DNA from: an uncultured Bdellovibrionales bacterium
Lineage (GTDB): Bacteria; Myxococcota; XYA12-FULL-58-9; JALHOP01
Length of the DNA: 64,000 nucleotides
Direction of reading: 5' to 3'
Assembly (NCBI GenBank): GCA_964484195.1
Contig: CAZAER010000003.1
Coordinates: 188,787-252,786 of the forward strand
In this document: positions 19,914 to 29,693 of the stretch, in pieces
Numbering within the stretch: position 1 is the first letter of the stretch
Layout of the letters: each line of letters begins with the position of its first letter
Position numbers and translations under genes: made by a program
The notes under the pieces: model-generated
Databases searched by the model: none
What the model saw: the letters and a program-made list of their open reading frames with translations, nothing else
Told to the model about the DNA's origin: nothing

Positions 19914-22016
19914 ATGAGCGTTCCTCGCATCACGTATGACGCCCGCGGCACCCCGGGGATCCTCGCCGAGAATCCCGTGAGCGCTTTCCACGGGCTCGGC
20001 TGGTTACACGGCCGCCATCGTCCCGTGCAGACGCTCTTGATCACGGCGGCGGCCCGCGGCGAGCTCGCCAAAAGCATCTTGCCGCGCGGCGATCTGCTCG
20101 ATCTCGATCGCTTGGTGCATCGGCACGATATCCCGCGCATTGGCGCGTCGGAGGTGAAGCACCTCTCGGAGCACGATCGGCGCTGCCTCGACGCGTTCGT
20201 CGACGGCATGGCGCGCGCCTTCCGCGAAAACGGCATGCCCGTCGAGCTGCGTATCCTGGGGTGCCGCATTCTTCCGCCGCGCCGTGCCGATGTGCTTTCG
20301 GCCTTTCTCGTGAGCGCCTGTCTCGGTCTCGCACAGGCACAAGAGCGCATGGAGCGGGCTATCGTCGACGCTCTGTCGTTTGGAGCGGACGCGCGCTTGC
20401 TCGAGACCATCTTCGCGCCACACCTCACGGGTTGGCGACCCGACGTCTTGCGCAACGTGTCGCGCCACGGCGAGCTCGTGCCCGCCGTTCGCGGAATCGC
20501 GCAGCCTGCCGGCGGCAGCAACACCTGGGCGGTGGGCCCCGGGCGCAGCGCTAGTGGCAAGCCGCTGCTCGCTGGGGATCCTCATCTCCAGGCCAATCAA
20601 CTGCCGTCGTTGATGTTCGAAGTGCGAGCGCGTGTCGGCGATGACTTCTGGCTCGGTGCGACCATTCCCGGCTTGCCCGGCGTCGGCGTCGGACGGAATC
20701 GGCGTGTCGCATGGTCGGGAACCTTCGGTGTCGCCGACAACGTCGACCACTGGATCGAGCCCATCGCAGATGGGATCCTCGCGCGCGATGGCAAGCCGCC
20801 TGCCGGTCGCGAGATCGAGATCGGCCGGCGCTTCCTGACGAGCCACCGCGAGACACAGTGGAGCTCGCCGCGCGGCGTCTTGGCTTGGGACGGCGCCAGC
20901 GACGGCACCACGCTCTCCGCGCGCTGGGCGGCGACCGAGGCGGGCATCGCCTCGACGCTCTCGGCGTACATGCGCCTCGCCTCGAGCGAGAGCGCGGCCG
21001 AGGCCGAGCGCGTGCTCGAAGGTGCTCAGACGCTGACCTTGCACTTCGTGCTGGCGGACGTGTTTGGCGACGTACGCTACGTGCAGGTCGGTCGCATTCC
21101 GCGGCGCAGCGGTGGGTGGTCGGGCTTGTATCCCAGCGACCGCGAGGAATGGCTCGGCGTCTACACCGGGAAGGGCTTGCCACACGCGCCTGCCGTCGAT
21201 GGTCTCGAGGCTTCGGCCAACGAGGCGCGGCGTGCCGACGACGGCGCCACGTTGTCGACCCTCGCGCAGCCGCCGTATCGACGCACCCGCATTCTCGAGC
21301 TCCTCTACGCTCGCCACGATCACGACCGCGCCAGCATGCAGGCCATCCAGCAAGACCTCGTCTCGCTGCAGGCGCACGCACTCAATCCACTCTTCGTACA
21401 AGCGCTGCCCGAAGGACCGCTGCGGCGGACACTCTCGGATTGGGACTGCAGCTATCACCCGTCGAGTATCGGCCCGCATGCTTTCGAGCTGGCGCGCGCC
21501 GCTGCCCTCAGGGCTCTGGCGCCGGCGCTCGGCGGTGACTGGTTCACGCACATGCTCGACGAGAGCGAGCTCGGGGTTTGGTGGTGCACGGCGCTCGACC
21601 GTCTTCTCTCGCGGACGCTATCGCTCGAGGAAGCGCCTGCGACGCGGGTGCGTGCCGAGCTCGCCAAGATCGCCGGTGTCACGGCCTCGCCATGGGGCGA
21701 CGTGCAGCGTGTCCACTACACCAACCTCATCCTCGGCGGTCTGCCCTCGTGGCTGCGCTTCGACGCCGGGCCTTACCCGCTGCCGGGCTCGATTGCGACC
21801 GTCTCACAAGGGAACGTCGTGCGCTCACAAGGCACGAGTATCTGCGTCGCACCGGTCTACCGGTTCGTGACCGACCTCGCCGAAGACGCCGCCTGGACCT
21901 CTTTGCCGGGGGGCATCGATGGCTCGCGCTTCGATCGCACGTATCTTTCCTGGCTGGACGAGCACCGCTCCGGCGTCTATCACCGCATCGCACCGCCCGA
22001 GCTTTCCGAGATCTAA
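19914..22016 (+). CDS. Penicillin acylase family protein (S45 Ntn-hydrolase; acyl-HSL/PvdQ-like acylase)
   Basis: Autoprocessing/nucleophile region GGSNTWAVGPGRSASGKPLLAGDPHL is the classical S45 signature. Size of 700 aa fits the family. Confidence 0.85.
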   Translation: MSVPRITYDARGTPGILAENPVSAFHGLGWLHGRHRPVQTLLITAAARGELAKSILPRGDLLDLDRLVHRHDIPRIGASEVKHLSEHDRRCLDAFVDGMARAFRENGMPVELRILGCRILPPRRADVLSAFLVSACLGLAQAQERMERAIVDALSFGADARLLETIFAPHLTGWRPDVLRNVSRHGELVPAVRGIAQPAGGSNTWAVGPGRSASGKPLLAGDPHLQANQLPSLMFEVRARVGDDFWLGATIPGLPGVGVGRNRRVAWSGTFGVADNVDHWIEPIADGILARDGKPPAGREIEIGRRFLTSHRETQWSSPRGVLAWDGASDGTTLSARWAATEAGIASTLSAYMRLASSESAAEAERVLEGAQTLTLHFVLADVFGDVRYVQVGRIPRRSGGWSGLYPSDREEWLGVYTGKGLPHAPAVDGLEASANEARRADDGATLSTLAQPPYRRTRILELLYARHDHDRASMQAIQQDLVSLQAHALNPLFVQALPEGPLRRTLSDWDCSYHPSSIGPHAFELARAAALRALAPALGGDWFTHMLDESELGVWWCTALDRLLSRTLSLEEAPATRVRAELAKIAGVTASPWGDVQRVHYTNLILGGLPSWLRFDAGPYPLPGSIATVSQGNVVRSQGTSICVAPVYRFVTDLAEDAAWTSLPGGIDGSRFDRTYLSWLDEHRSGVYHRIAPPELSEI

Positions 22017-22024
22017 CCACCCCC

Positions 22025-24475
22025 ATGATGCTCCTTCTGCTCATCGGCTCGACCCTCGCGAGCCCAGACCGACCTACCGCCGGTGCGCGAATCGATCCGA
22101 TCGCCGGCGAGACGGTGACTGCCCGCGACCGCGACCTGCTCCCGAGCGGCCACAACCTCGGTGAGCTGTCCGACCTTTGGTTCGCGTCGATCGTCAATCA
22201 GCAAGACAGCGACGGCGGCATCGGCGCCTTCGATCCCTTGCGACTCTCGTCGCACGGACGTTCCTGGACCTTGCTGCGTCACACGTTGAACGGCTTGTCC
22301 ATCGACGATCCGGGTCGGCCGGGCTCGCCGGTGATCGACCTGCCGTACTCGTCCTGGGACACGCTCACCTATCAGTCGCTATGGACCGCTACGCCGGGGT
22401 TTTCGGCGACCATTGGCGCGACTCCCGGCCCCCGGCCCACGCGTGCTTGGTTGCGCGGCAGTCTCGGCAACGAGCTGGGCGGCCCGAGCTTGGTGCCGCG
22501 CAACTTCATGAATCGCGACCCGGCCACTGATGCGGGAGCCTCGCCCATTCGCCGCAAGCTGCGCCTGTCGCGCGAGCTCGAAGGGCAGGTCACGGTTGGC
22601 ACCGAGACCTTCGGGGCGCGTCTGATCTACGAGCATCGCGATCAGGACAATCGCTATCCCACGCTCGTGTCCGACAGCGACGGCCGCCGCATCGACGACA
22701 GCTCGCAGCGTGACACCATCATGGCGGTCGGCGAGCTGAGCCTCGGTGGCCTGCCGGTGTCCGCCATCGCGGCTTTGCAGAAGCGCTCGCGCTCACACGA
22801 GGGGGCGGAGTTTCGCCTGCCGTCGTCCTACACACAGAGCACCGAAGGTGAATCGTACCTGTTGCAGCTGGGAACGTCGGGTAACCTCACGCCGACGATG
22901 GTCTTCGATGTCGCGGTCGGCGTGTCGTACCGTAACGACGTCGCCAGCCAGAACAGCGATCGGCCGATCATCACCGACATCGAGCGTGAGTGGCTGTGGC
23001 TCCAACGTCCGACCCCGGCCGAGCACCTGACGCGCACGTCGATCGATCTCAACGCCGGCGTCGCTTGGGACGCGGCGCTGCCGGTGGAGCTGCGGCTCAC
23101 TGGCAATCAGTCGTTTTTACGTCGCAGAGCGCGCTTCGCTGGCGACGTCACCGCGACGACCTACGAGCGCTCCGATCTCGATCGTTCGCGCGACCTGACC
23201 GTGTACGAGCCCCCAGCACGCGGTGAGGAATGGCTGCGCTCCCTGCGGCTGCAGGGCGATGCTCGCCACGACATGGGCGGCATCACCTTGCGCGGGATGC
23301 TGGCGATGGATCATGCGGCTGTCGGCGTCAGCGATGGTCCAGGGGTGTCGTTCTGGACACCGGCTGTAGGCGTTGCGGCAAGCCATGGCTTCGCGAACGG
23401 CGGTGAGCTCTTCACGCTCCTGCGGCGCGAGCCCGACCGGCTCACCGCCGAGGTTGCGCGCTTTCTCGACCCGGCCGTCGGCAACGGCGAGCGCTACGCC
23501 TGGAACGACAACGGCGATCTCCAGCCTTCCGCCGACGAAGCAGGGAGTCTGCAAGCGCGGACGGGTGGGCGCTATCATACCGTCGATCCGAACCTCGCGC
23601 GGCCGACCAGCAATCAGTTCGCCATCGGTTGGCTGACGCCGCGTTTCGGCCCGTTCCGTGCCGTGATGACCGGCACCTTGCGGTTCCACCTGGATGCCTT
23701 CGTCGCGCGTCTCAACGGAGCCGCCGAGAACAGCTATCAGCAAACGGCATTCTTCGATCCGGGTGGTGACGGACGCGGTGAAGACATCCTGCCGGGCGGC
23801 GGGCAAAGCCTCGCGGCCTACGAACGTGTTCCCGGAACCGAGGGTCAGGAGCTCTACCGTCTCGAGAACAGACTGCGCGACAACCGCTTCATCGGAGCCG
23901 AGCTGCAGCTCGTGAGCGTCGAAGCCGACGAGGTCGGTGACCGGCGACCGTGGTTCTTGAATCTCACGGCGGCGGGCTACTGGGACGTCGGCAGTGGCAC
24001 CTTCGGCGCGTTCCCCGACCGCAACGATCCCGGCGTGGTCAACGAGAGCAGCGCCGACCCGAACGCGCGCGTCAACGATCGCGGCCGTTTCGATCACGAC
24101 CGCGCGTTCTCCATCAAGTGCCTCGCCGGTCTGACGCCGATCGACGGTCTGACCCTTTCGACCGCCATCCGCTATCGCGACGGGCAGCCGTTTTCGCGCA
24201 TCGTCGTCGCCGAGCTGGCGCAGGGACCGACACCCATCATGGCGACCTGGCGCGGCGCCGCCCGCCACACGTTCCACATGACCGCGGACGTGAAGATCCG
24301 CTGGGCCTCACGCATCAAGATGTTCGACTACGCCATCAGCGGCGAGGTCTACAATCTGTTCCAGCAGAGCCTCGAGCTCCTCGAAGATCCGCGCACGGGA
24401 CGCGTCTTCAGGCGTGCCATCGAGATGACGCCGGGGCGGACGGGATTCGTGACGCTCGAGCTCGGTCTTCAGTAG
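22025..24475 (+). CDS. Large secreted or outer-membrane beta-rich protein with a weak TonB-dependent-receptor plug-like N-terminus
   Basis: ATG 22025 lies 8 nt after the acylase stop. Short hydrophobic N-terminus MMLLLLIGSTLA. The segment GETVTARDRDLLPSGHNLGELSDL...LSSHGRSW..LRHTLNGLSIDDP loosely resembles a plug domain. The C-terminus (ELGLQ) lacks the usual terminal aromatic residue, so the call is weak. The track extension 21578..22024 overlaps the acylase. Confidence 0.5.
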   Translation: MMLLLLIGSTLASPDRPTAGARIDPIAGETVTARDRDLLPSGHNLGELSDLWFASIVNQQDSDGGIGAFDPLRLSSHGRSWTLLRHTLNGLSIDDPGRPGSPVIDLPYSSWDTLTYQSLWTATPGFSATIGATPGPRPTRAWLRGSLGNELGGPSLVPRNFMNRDPATDAGASPIRRKLRLSRELEGQVTVGTETFGARLIYEHRDQDNRYPTLVSDSDGRRIDDSSQRDTIMAVGELSLGGLPVSAIAALQKRSRSHEGAEFRLPSSYTQSTEGESYLLQLGTSGNLTPTMVFDVAVGVSYRNDVASQNSDRPIITDIEREWLWLQRPTPAEHLTRTSIDLNAGVAWDAALPVELRLTGNQSFLRRRARFAGDVTATTYERSDLDRSRDLTVYEPPARGEEWLRSLRLQGDARHDMGGITLRGMLAMDHAAVGVSDGPGVSFWTPAVGVAASHGFANGGELFTLLRREPDRLTAEVARFLDPAVGNGERYAWNDNGDLQPSADEAGSLQARTGGRYHTVDPNLARPTSNQFAIGWLTPRFGPFRAVMTGTLRFHLDAFVARLNGAAENSYQQTAFFDPGGDGRGEDILPGGGQSLAAYERVPGTEGQELYRLENRLRDNRFIGAELQLVSVEADEVGDRRPWFLNLTAAGYWDVGSGTFGAFPDRNDPGVVNESSADPNARVNDRGRFDHDRAFSIKCLAGLTPIDGLTLSTAIRYRDGQPFSRIVVAELAQGPTPIMATWRGAARHTFHMTADVKIRWASRIKMFDYAISGEVYNLFQQSLELLEDPRTGRVFRRAIEMTPGRTGFVTLELGLQ

Positions 24476-25794
24476 CGGATGCCGAAGCGCAAGAAGAGGT
24501 CGTTGCTGAGGAAGCCCGCGTTCTGTGCCGGGAAGACCTGGCCAGCGATCGCCTGAGCGTAGACGTAGTTGGTGTTGCGGAAGTCGAGCCGGTCGACGAG
24601 TGAGACCGTGATGAACTCGTTCACGAAGTACGCGATCGCCAAGCTCGTCTGAATGCTGTTGTCCTCGCGAACATCGCTACCGTCGTCGGTGGCGCCGCCG
24701 GTTGCCGCCGCGCCGCGCTGATACGAGAAGTTGTAGTATTCGAAGCCGAGGCTGACGTTGACCCGCGACATGATGGCTTGGTCGAAGCGTGTGTAGGCCT
24801 TCCACATCGTCGCGTAGACGAAAATCGGGATGGGCTCGAGGGTGCGCATGCCGCCCAGGCGAAGCTTGGTGGTGGCGGTCGCGGTCCAAGTCATCTCGAC
24901 CTGTGTGCCGACGGTGTTCTTGCTCGGGTCGAGATCGGGCACGGTGTCACTGGTGATGCCGGTGTAACCGACCTTCACGAGCGCGGAGAGCTTCGGTGTG
25001 ACGACGCCGTTCAATCCGGCTGACGCCGAGTAGATCCAGCTGTCGCCGTTGGCGAAGGCGCCCTGGGTGTTGCGAAAGTTGGTGAAGGTCGCGGTCGTCT
25101 CGACGAACACTTGGGTCTTGGGAAGGAAAGACCAGGCAGCGCGCAGCGTCGGCGTGTAGCGCTCGTTGTTCAAGAACTCGGGCGGCACCTGCGAATCGTC
25201 GTCGTACCAGTCGAAGTAGAGGCTCATGTCGGCCGACAGCTTGAGCGCGCCGCCACCCGGCTCGAGATCGACGCCGGCACCGGTGCTGTTCGTCCAGTGA
25301 TCGAAGCGCTGCGTGAACGTCTGGTTACCGGGAGCGGCGATACGGGTCAGGCGCTCGGAGGCACGGAGTTGGAAGGGGCCGTCCTTGTTGAAGTGGAGAT
25401 TGCCACCCAGGCCACCTTGCCAGGACGAGAACTCGTCGTTGTCGATGTACTGCTGGCGCTCGACGTACGCTGTAGCGGAGATATCGAGGTGGGGCGACGG
25501 CAGGCGGTAGTCCACTCCGGGGCGACCCACGAAGTAGAAGTCGTTGCGTCGACCATCGAGCTCCGGGACCTGATTGTAGAGATTCGAGTTGAAGCGACCA
25601 GGATTGTGGATGGCGTGCGCGTCGAGCTCGATGAACGGGTGCAGCCTGCCGTCTCCGAGCTTGATGCCCTTGCTCTCCGGCAAGAGTGGGCTCGCGCGCA
25701 CCTCGCCGCCGCTGAACAAAACCTCCTGGGCGCGCGCCGTCTCGGCAAGGCCAAAAGCTAGAAACGCCAGGACAAATTTCGCCGCAGTCTTCAA
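24469..25794 (-). CDS. Outer-membrane beta-barrel protein (putative)
   Basis: TTG start. Signal peptide MKTAAKFVLAFLAFGLAETARAQ. Alternating beta-strand-like composition. C-terminal LFLRFGIRY with terminal aromatic residue. Confidence 0.6.
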   Translation of the reverse strand: MKTAAKFVLAFLAFGLAETARAQEVLFSGGEVRASPLLPESKGIKLGDGRLHPFIELDAHAIHNPGRFNSNLYNQVPELDGRRNDFYFVGRPGVDYRLPSPHLDISATAYVERQQYIDNDEFSSWQGGLGGNLHFNKDGPFQLRASERLTRIAAPGNQTFTQRFDHWTNSTGAGVDLEPGGGALKLSADMSLYFDWYDDDSQVPPEFLNNERYTPTLRAAWSFLPKTQVFVETTATFTNFRNTQGAFANGDSWIYSASAGLNGVVTPKLSALVKVGYTGITSDTVPDLDPSKNTVGTQVEMTWTATATTKLRLGGMRTLEPIPIFVYATMWKAYTRFDQAIMSRVNVSLGFEYYNFSYQRGAAATGGATDDGSDVREDNSIQTSLAIAYFVNEFITVSLVDRLDFRNTNYVYAQAIAGQVFPAQNAGFLSNDLFLRFGIRY

Positions 25795-25797
25795 AGG

Positions 25798-26481
25798 TTA
25801 ACTAGGGTAGGCCGGCGCGGCGTCGTTCGCAAGCGTCGTCGCCATAGCCAGATCGTCGGCATCCTCGATGTCGACGCTGCGTTGCTTGGGCATGACCACG
25901 CCCATGCTCTTGCCGGCCACCACGAAGCGGCGATGCCGGACGAGCCAGGACAGGCTTGCCGCGTAGATCGCGCCGTTCAAACGGTAGCACGTCGGCTCCT
26001 CCTGACGACGCCCGGGGGGCTTGTCCGCGAGAGCGTGCAGCTTTCCGCCGGCGACGGTAAAGCGCAGCGACGGAGGCGTATCGAGACAGACACTGGCGAT
26101 GCCGACACCGTGCCGCTTCCAGGCGTCGACCACGCGACGGACGTCGCCCACCCGAGTAAGAGGTGTCGTAGGCGACAAGAGGACCACCAAATCGCACTCC
26201 GTGCCCGCCATGGCGTGCAACACCACGTCGATGAGCCGCGCGGCGTCGCTGGCGAGAGCTTTCGGACGCGCGATGGCCGTTGCTCCGGCGTCACGCGCTA
26301 GGCGCCGGTAGGCGGCGCTGTCGCTGCTCACCACCACCCGCCACTCTTCGCCGCGGCGAGCGCTCGTCGAGGCCAAGCGAACCGCGTGCTCGAGGAGAGG
26401 GCGGCCGCCGAGCTTGCGCACGTTCTTGTGCTTCAAGCCTTTCGAGCCCGACCGCGCCGGTATGAGCGCTACGACCTTCAC
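25798..26481 (-). CDS. Acylneuraminate/CMP-sugar cytidylyltransferase family protein (NeuA/KdsB-like)
   Basis: N-terminal VVALIPARSGSKGLKHKNVRKLGGRPLL signature. The GTG start overlaps the uvrC stop (GTGA). Confidence 0.8.
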   Translation of the reverse strand: MKVVALIPARSGSKGLKHKNVRKLGGRPLLEHAVRLASTSARRGEEWRVVVSSDSAAYRRLARDAGATAIARPKALASDAARLIDVVLHAMAGTECDLVVLLSPTTPLTRVGDVRRVVDAWKRHGVGIASVCLDTPPSLRFTVAGGKLHALADKPPGRRQEEPTCYRLNGAIYAASLSWLVRHRRFVVAGKSMGVVMPKQRSVDIEDADDLAMATTLANDAAPAYPS

Positions 26482-28448
26482 GCCGAGTCCTTGGTCGTCT
26501 TGTCGGCGAGACCGTCCAGCACCTTGCGGGCAGTGGCGGCACCGACGACCTTGGCGATGTCTTCGAGGGTCGCGGCACGCAAGCGGGTGATCGAGCCGAA
26601 GGTCCGCAGGAGCAGTCGGCGGCGTTTGGGGCCGACGCCTGGAATGGCGTCGAGTGCCGACCGGGTGCCCGCCTTACCGCGCAGCTGGCGATGGAAGGTG
26701 ATGGCGAAGCGGTGCGCTTCGTCGCGGGCGCGGGTCAGCAAGAAGAGCTCGGCGGAGTTCTGACGGAGCACGACCGCGTCCTTGCGACCCGAGACGAAGA
26801 CGCGCTCGGGCGAGCGCTGCACCTCGGTGGGGACATCCGAGCTGTCGTAGGTTACCTGCGACATCTCCGTGACCGCCTCGGCGCCGGCGAGCGAGTCACT
26901 CGCTGCTTCGAGGACCTCGAGGTCGCTCTCGTCGACCGGCGTTTCGCTATCGCGGACCTCGTCGGCCTGGACGCGTGATTTGGCGAGCGAGATCAGGTCG
27001 ACGTCGTGCACCGCGTGATCGTCGAGCGCGGCACGCGCAGCAGCGAGCTGACCTTTGCCGCCGTCGATGACGATGAGGTCGGGAAGGTCTTGCTCTTCCA
27101 GACCACGCCGGGCGCGCCGGTTGATCACCTCGTACATCGACTGAAAGTCGTCTTGGCCGGCGGTCGTGCGGATCTTGTAGCGGCGGTAGAGGTCCTTGTT
27201 GGGCATGCCGTGATCGAAGCGCACCAGGCTGGCGACGATCTGTCCGCCTTGGAAGTGCGAGATGTCGAAGCACTCGATCCGCTCTGGTGGACGGCGCAGA
27301 TGCAAGGCGCGCTGCAGCTTCTCCACCGAGGTCTTGGCCGCACCAGCCTCGCGCTGCTTGTCGACGAAGGCTTGGTGAGCGTTCTTGCCGGCAAGCTCGA
27401 TCAGCCGTGCCTTGTCGCCACGCTGGGGCGCGAGGACCGCCACTCTGCGGCCGCGCTTCTCGGAGAGGAGATCGGCGAGCGCCGCGTCCCACTCGAACTC
27501 GGGGGGAAACAAGATCTCGTCGGGTACGTCGCTTTCGTTGGTGTAGTAGCGACCCGCGAAGTCGCTCAGGATCTCGGAGGTCTCTTGCTCGAGTCCGTCG
27601 AACGAGAAGCGCTGCGCGTCGATGAGTCGGCCGTCGCGGGTGCGCATCACGTGGATTTCGACGTTGGGCCCCTCGCGATAGATACCGACGACATCGCGGT
27701 TCACGAAGTCGCTGGTGACGAGCTTCTGGCGCTCGAGCGAGCGCTGCACCGCGAGCATCTGATCGCGAATCAACGCCGCGGCTTCGAAGGCCTCCTCGGT
27801 GGCGCGGGCCCGCATGCGGGTTTCGAGCGCCACGATGAGCTCGGTCTCCTTGCCCTCGAGGAAGGCGATGACGCTCTCGACGTTCTGGGCGTACTCGCCG
27901 TGCGACAGATCGAACACGCATGGCGCCGGGCAACGTTTGATTTGGTACTGCAAACAAGGTCGCACGCGGTTGGCGAGCACTTGATCGTTGCAGGTGCGTA
28001 GCTGGAAGTGGCGGTTCACCAGACGCACGACTTCGCGCAGCGAATGCGCCGAGTGGTACGGTCCGAAATAGCGGGCGCCGTCTTTGCCGAAGCGGCGGAC
28101 CACTTGCAGGCGCGGATAGCGCTCACGGGTGTCGAGGCGGATGCACAGAAAGCGCTTGTCGTCCTTCAGATGGACGTTGAAGCGCGGGGTGTGCTCCTTG
28201 ATGAGCTCGCTCTCGACGAGCATGGCCTCCTTCTCGTTGCTCGTGAGCACGACATCGAGGTCGGCGAGCATGCGGTCGAGGAGTGAGACGAATGGCCGGG
28301 TGTCCGACCCGGAGAAGTAGCTGCGAACGCGATCGCGGAGGCTCTTCGCCTTGCCGATGTAGAAGACGGCGCCCTTCGCATCGCGCATGATGTAGACGCC
28401 AGGGCTGTGCGGCAGCGCAGCGATCTTGTCGGCGATATGCGAACGCAT
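26478..28448 (-). CDS. uvrC: Excinuclease ABC subunit C
   Basis: GIY-YIG N-terminus (SPGVYIMRDAKGAVFYIGKAKSLRDRVRSYF), UVR domain, and C-terminal HhH (LDAIPGVGPKRRRLLLRTFGS). Confidence 0.95.
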   Translation of the reverse strand: MRSHIADKIAALPHSPGVYIMRDAKGAVFYIGKAKSLRDRVRSYFSGSDTRPFVSLLDRMLADLDVVLTSNEKEAMLVESELIKEHTPRFNVHLKDDKRFLCIRLDTRERYPRLQVVRRFGKDGARYFGPYHSAHSLREVVRLVNRHFQLRTCNDQVLANRVRPCLQYQIKRCPAPCVFDLSHGEYAQNVESVIAFLEGKETELIVALETRMRARATEEAFEAAALIRDQMLAVQRSLERQKLVTSDFVNRDVVGIYREGPNVEIHVMRTRDGRLIDAQRFSFDGLEQETSEILSDFAGRYYTNESDVPDEILFPPEFEWDAALADLLSEKRGRRVAVLAPQRGDKARLIELAGKNAHQAFVDKQREAGAAKTSVEKLQRALHLRRPPERIECFDISHFQGGQIVASLVRFDHGMPNKDLYRRYKIRTTAGQDDFQSMYEVINRRARRGLEEQDLPDLIVIDGGKGQLAAARAALDDHAVHDVDLISLAKSRVQADEVRDSETPVDESDLEVLEAASDSLAGAEAVTEMSQVTYDSSDVPTEVQRSPERVFVSGRKDAVVLRQNSAELFLLTRARDEAHRFAITFHRQLRGKAGTRSALDAIPGVGPKRRRLLLRTFGSITRLRAATLEDIAKVVGAATARKVLDGLADKTTKDSA

Positions 28449-28853
28449 GCGCGACGGTTTTCACACGCGGGGCGTGGATATACCAGTGCGTAGCCGGGAG
28501 CTCCGGCGAGCCAGATAAAAGCACCCAGGATGGGGAGCTACCCCATCCCGGGTACTTGCGAGACTTCAGCTCGGGCAAGCTGAGCTCTATACGGGCTAAC
28601 TTCGTTGGGCCACCCGGGCAGGTAAGCTCCAACATCAAACACGGGCTAACAAAACGACTGGCGCAGCTTGGGAGCGAGAGCCAGGACGATGGTTAGGGTT
28701 CCCCCAAAACATCGTTGCAAAGTTTTTCGGCTGCGACCTGCCAAAGTTGCGGGAAAACGACACGACGCAGCACGCAACACCGCCGTTCCCGGTCCGATAA
28801 GGTGTCCACTTCCGTCACACGGGCGTGGCGAAGTTTGGGAGCGAGAAAAAATT

Positions 28854-29615
28854 ATGACTTCTGTTCAACAGAAGGCTAGCAGCCTTGCGGACCGCGCTAT
28901 CGCGGCCGGCGCTGAAGCCTCGGGCAAGTTGAAGGTAACTGGAACTGTCGTCGCGGTCGCCACTGGCATCGTGACTGTCCCCGGCGGTACGCTCGTCGGT
29001 GGCGTTGGCAATGGCCTTATCGAAGCCGGCAAGGGCGTGCGTGATGCATATCGCCCCGGCGAGAAGGGCGCGCCGATCTTCAACCAGAACCGCACCATCC
29101 AGGCCGCCGGCATGCTCGGCGTTGCCACTCTGACCGTCGCTGGCGCTGCCGCCATCGCTGGCGTTGCGGTCCCGGGCCTCGGCCCGATCACCCTGCCGGC
29201 CGCCGGCGCTCTCGGCATCTTCGCCGCTGGCGCGGGCTTCGTTGGCGCGGGCGTGGTCAACGGTGTCGTCGCTGGCGTCAAGGGCGTTGGCCCCGGCGCA
29301 ATCAAGGGCTACAACGCCGGCGTCGGCGTTGCGAAGCACTCGGGCGCGGTTGCCCAAGAGATCACCGATGACGCGGTGAAGGTCATCAAGCAGGTTGCCA
29401 AGGACGCGGTTCGCGCGGCCGGCATCGTCGTGCACAACGGCGTTGAGGCTACCCGCGAAGGTTACGAAGAGCTGAGCGTCAAAGAAGCCGACATCGCTCA
29501 GGCAGCGGCTGACGCTCTCAAGGAAAAGGCCAACGCGGTCGCCAACGGCGGTCCGCGCTACGGCGAGAAGGGCGAGAAGCTCAAGGACTTCCCCCCGGAC
29601 TACAAGCAGCTCTAA
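28854..29615 (+). CDS. Gly/Ala/Val-rich (glycine-zipper-like) protein, function unknown
   Basis: ATG 28854 preceded by GGGAGCGAGA. Central part is G/A/V-rich hydrophobic stretches (GIVTVPGGTLVGGVGNG; AAGALGIFAAGAGFVGAGVVNGVVAGV) between amphipathic ends. The track extension from 28668 is Arg/Pro-rich and unlikely to be real. Confidence 0.6.
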   Translation: MTSVQQKASSLADRAIAAGAEASGKLKVTGTVVAVATGIVTVPGGTLVGGVGNGLIEAGKGVRDAYRPGEKGAPIFNQNRTIQAAGMLGVATLTVAGAAAIAGVAVPGLGPITLPAAGALGIFAAGAGFVGAGVVNGVVAGVKGVGPGAIKGYNAGVGVAKHSGAVAQEITDDAVKVIKQVAKDAVRAAGIVVHNGVEATREGYEELSVKEADIAQAAADALKEKANAVANGGPRYGEKGEKLKDFPPDYKQL

Positions 29616-29653
29616 GAGCTGGTCGCGATAGCGATCACATAGAATAACGATGA

Positions 29654-29693
29654 GGCGTCGTCTGGTGAGAGCTAGACGGCGCCTTTTCGTTTT

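Noticed and set aside
21578-22024. Upstream extension of the 965-aa ORF overlapping the 3' end of the acylase gene.
   Set aside because: The extension is Arg/Ala-rich and lies entirely inside the well-supported acylase frame. ATG 22025 follows the acylase stop by 8 nt and begins with a hydrophobic signal-like segment.
28668-28853. Track start of the Gly/Ala-rich protein at 28668 (62 extra N-terminal codons).
   Set aside because: The extension is Arg/Pro/Lys-rich with low GC3. ATG 28854 has a GGGAG-type RBS and begins the compositionally coherent part.
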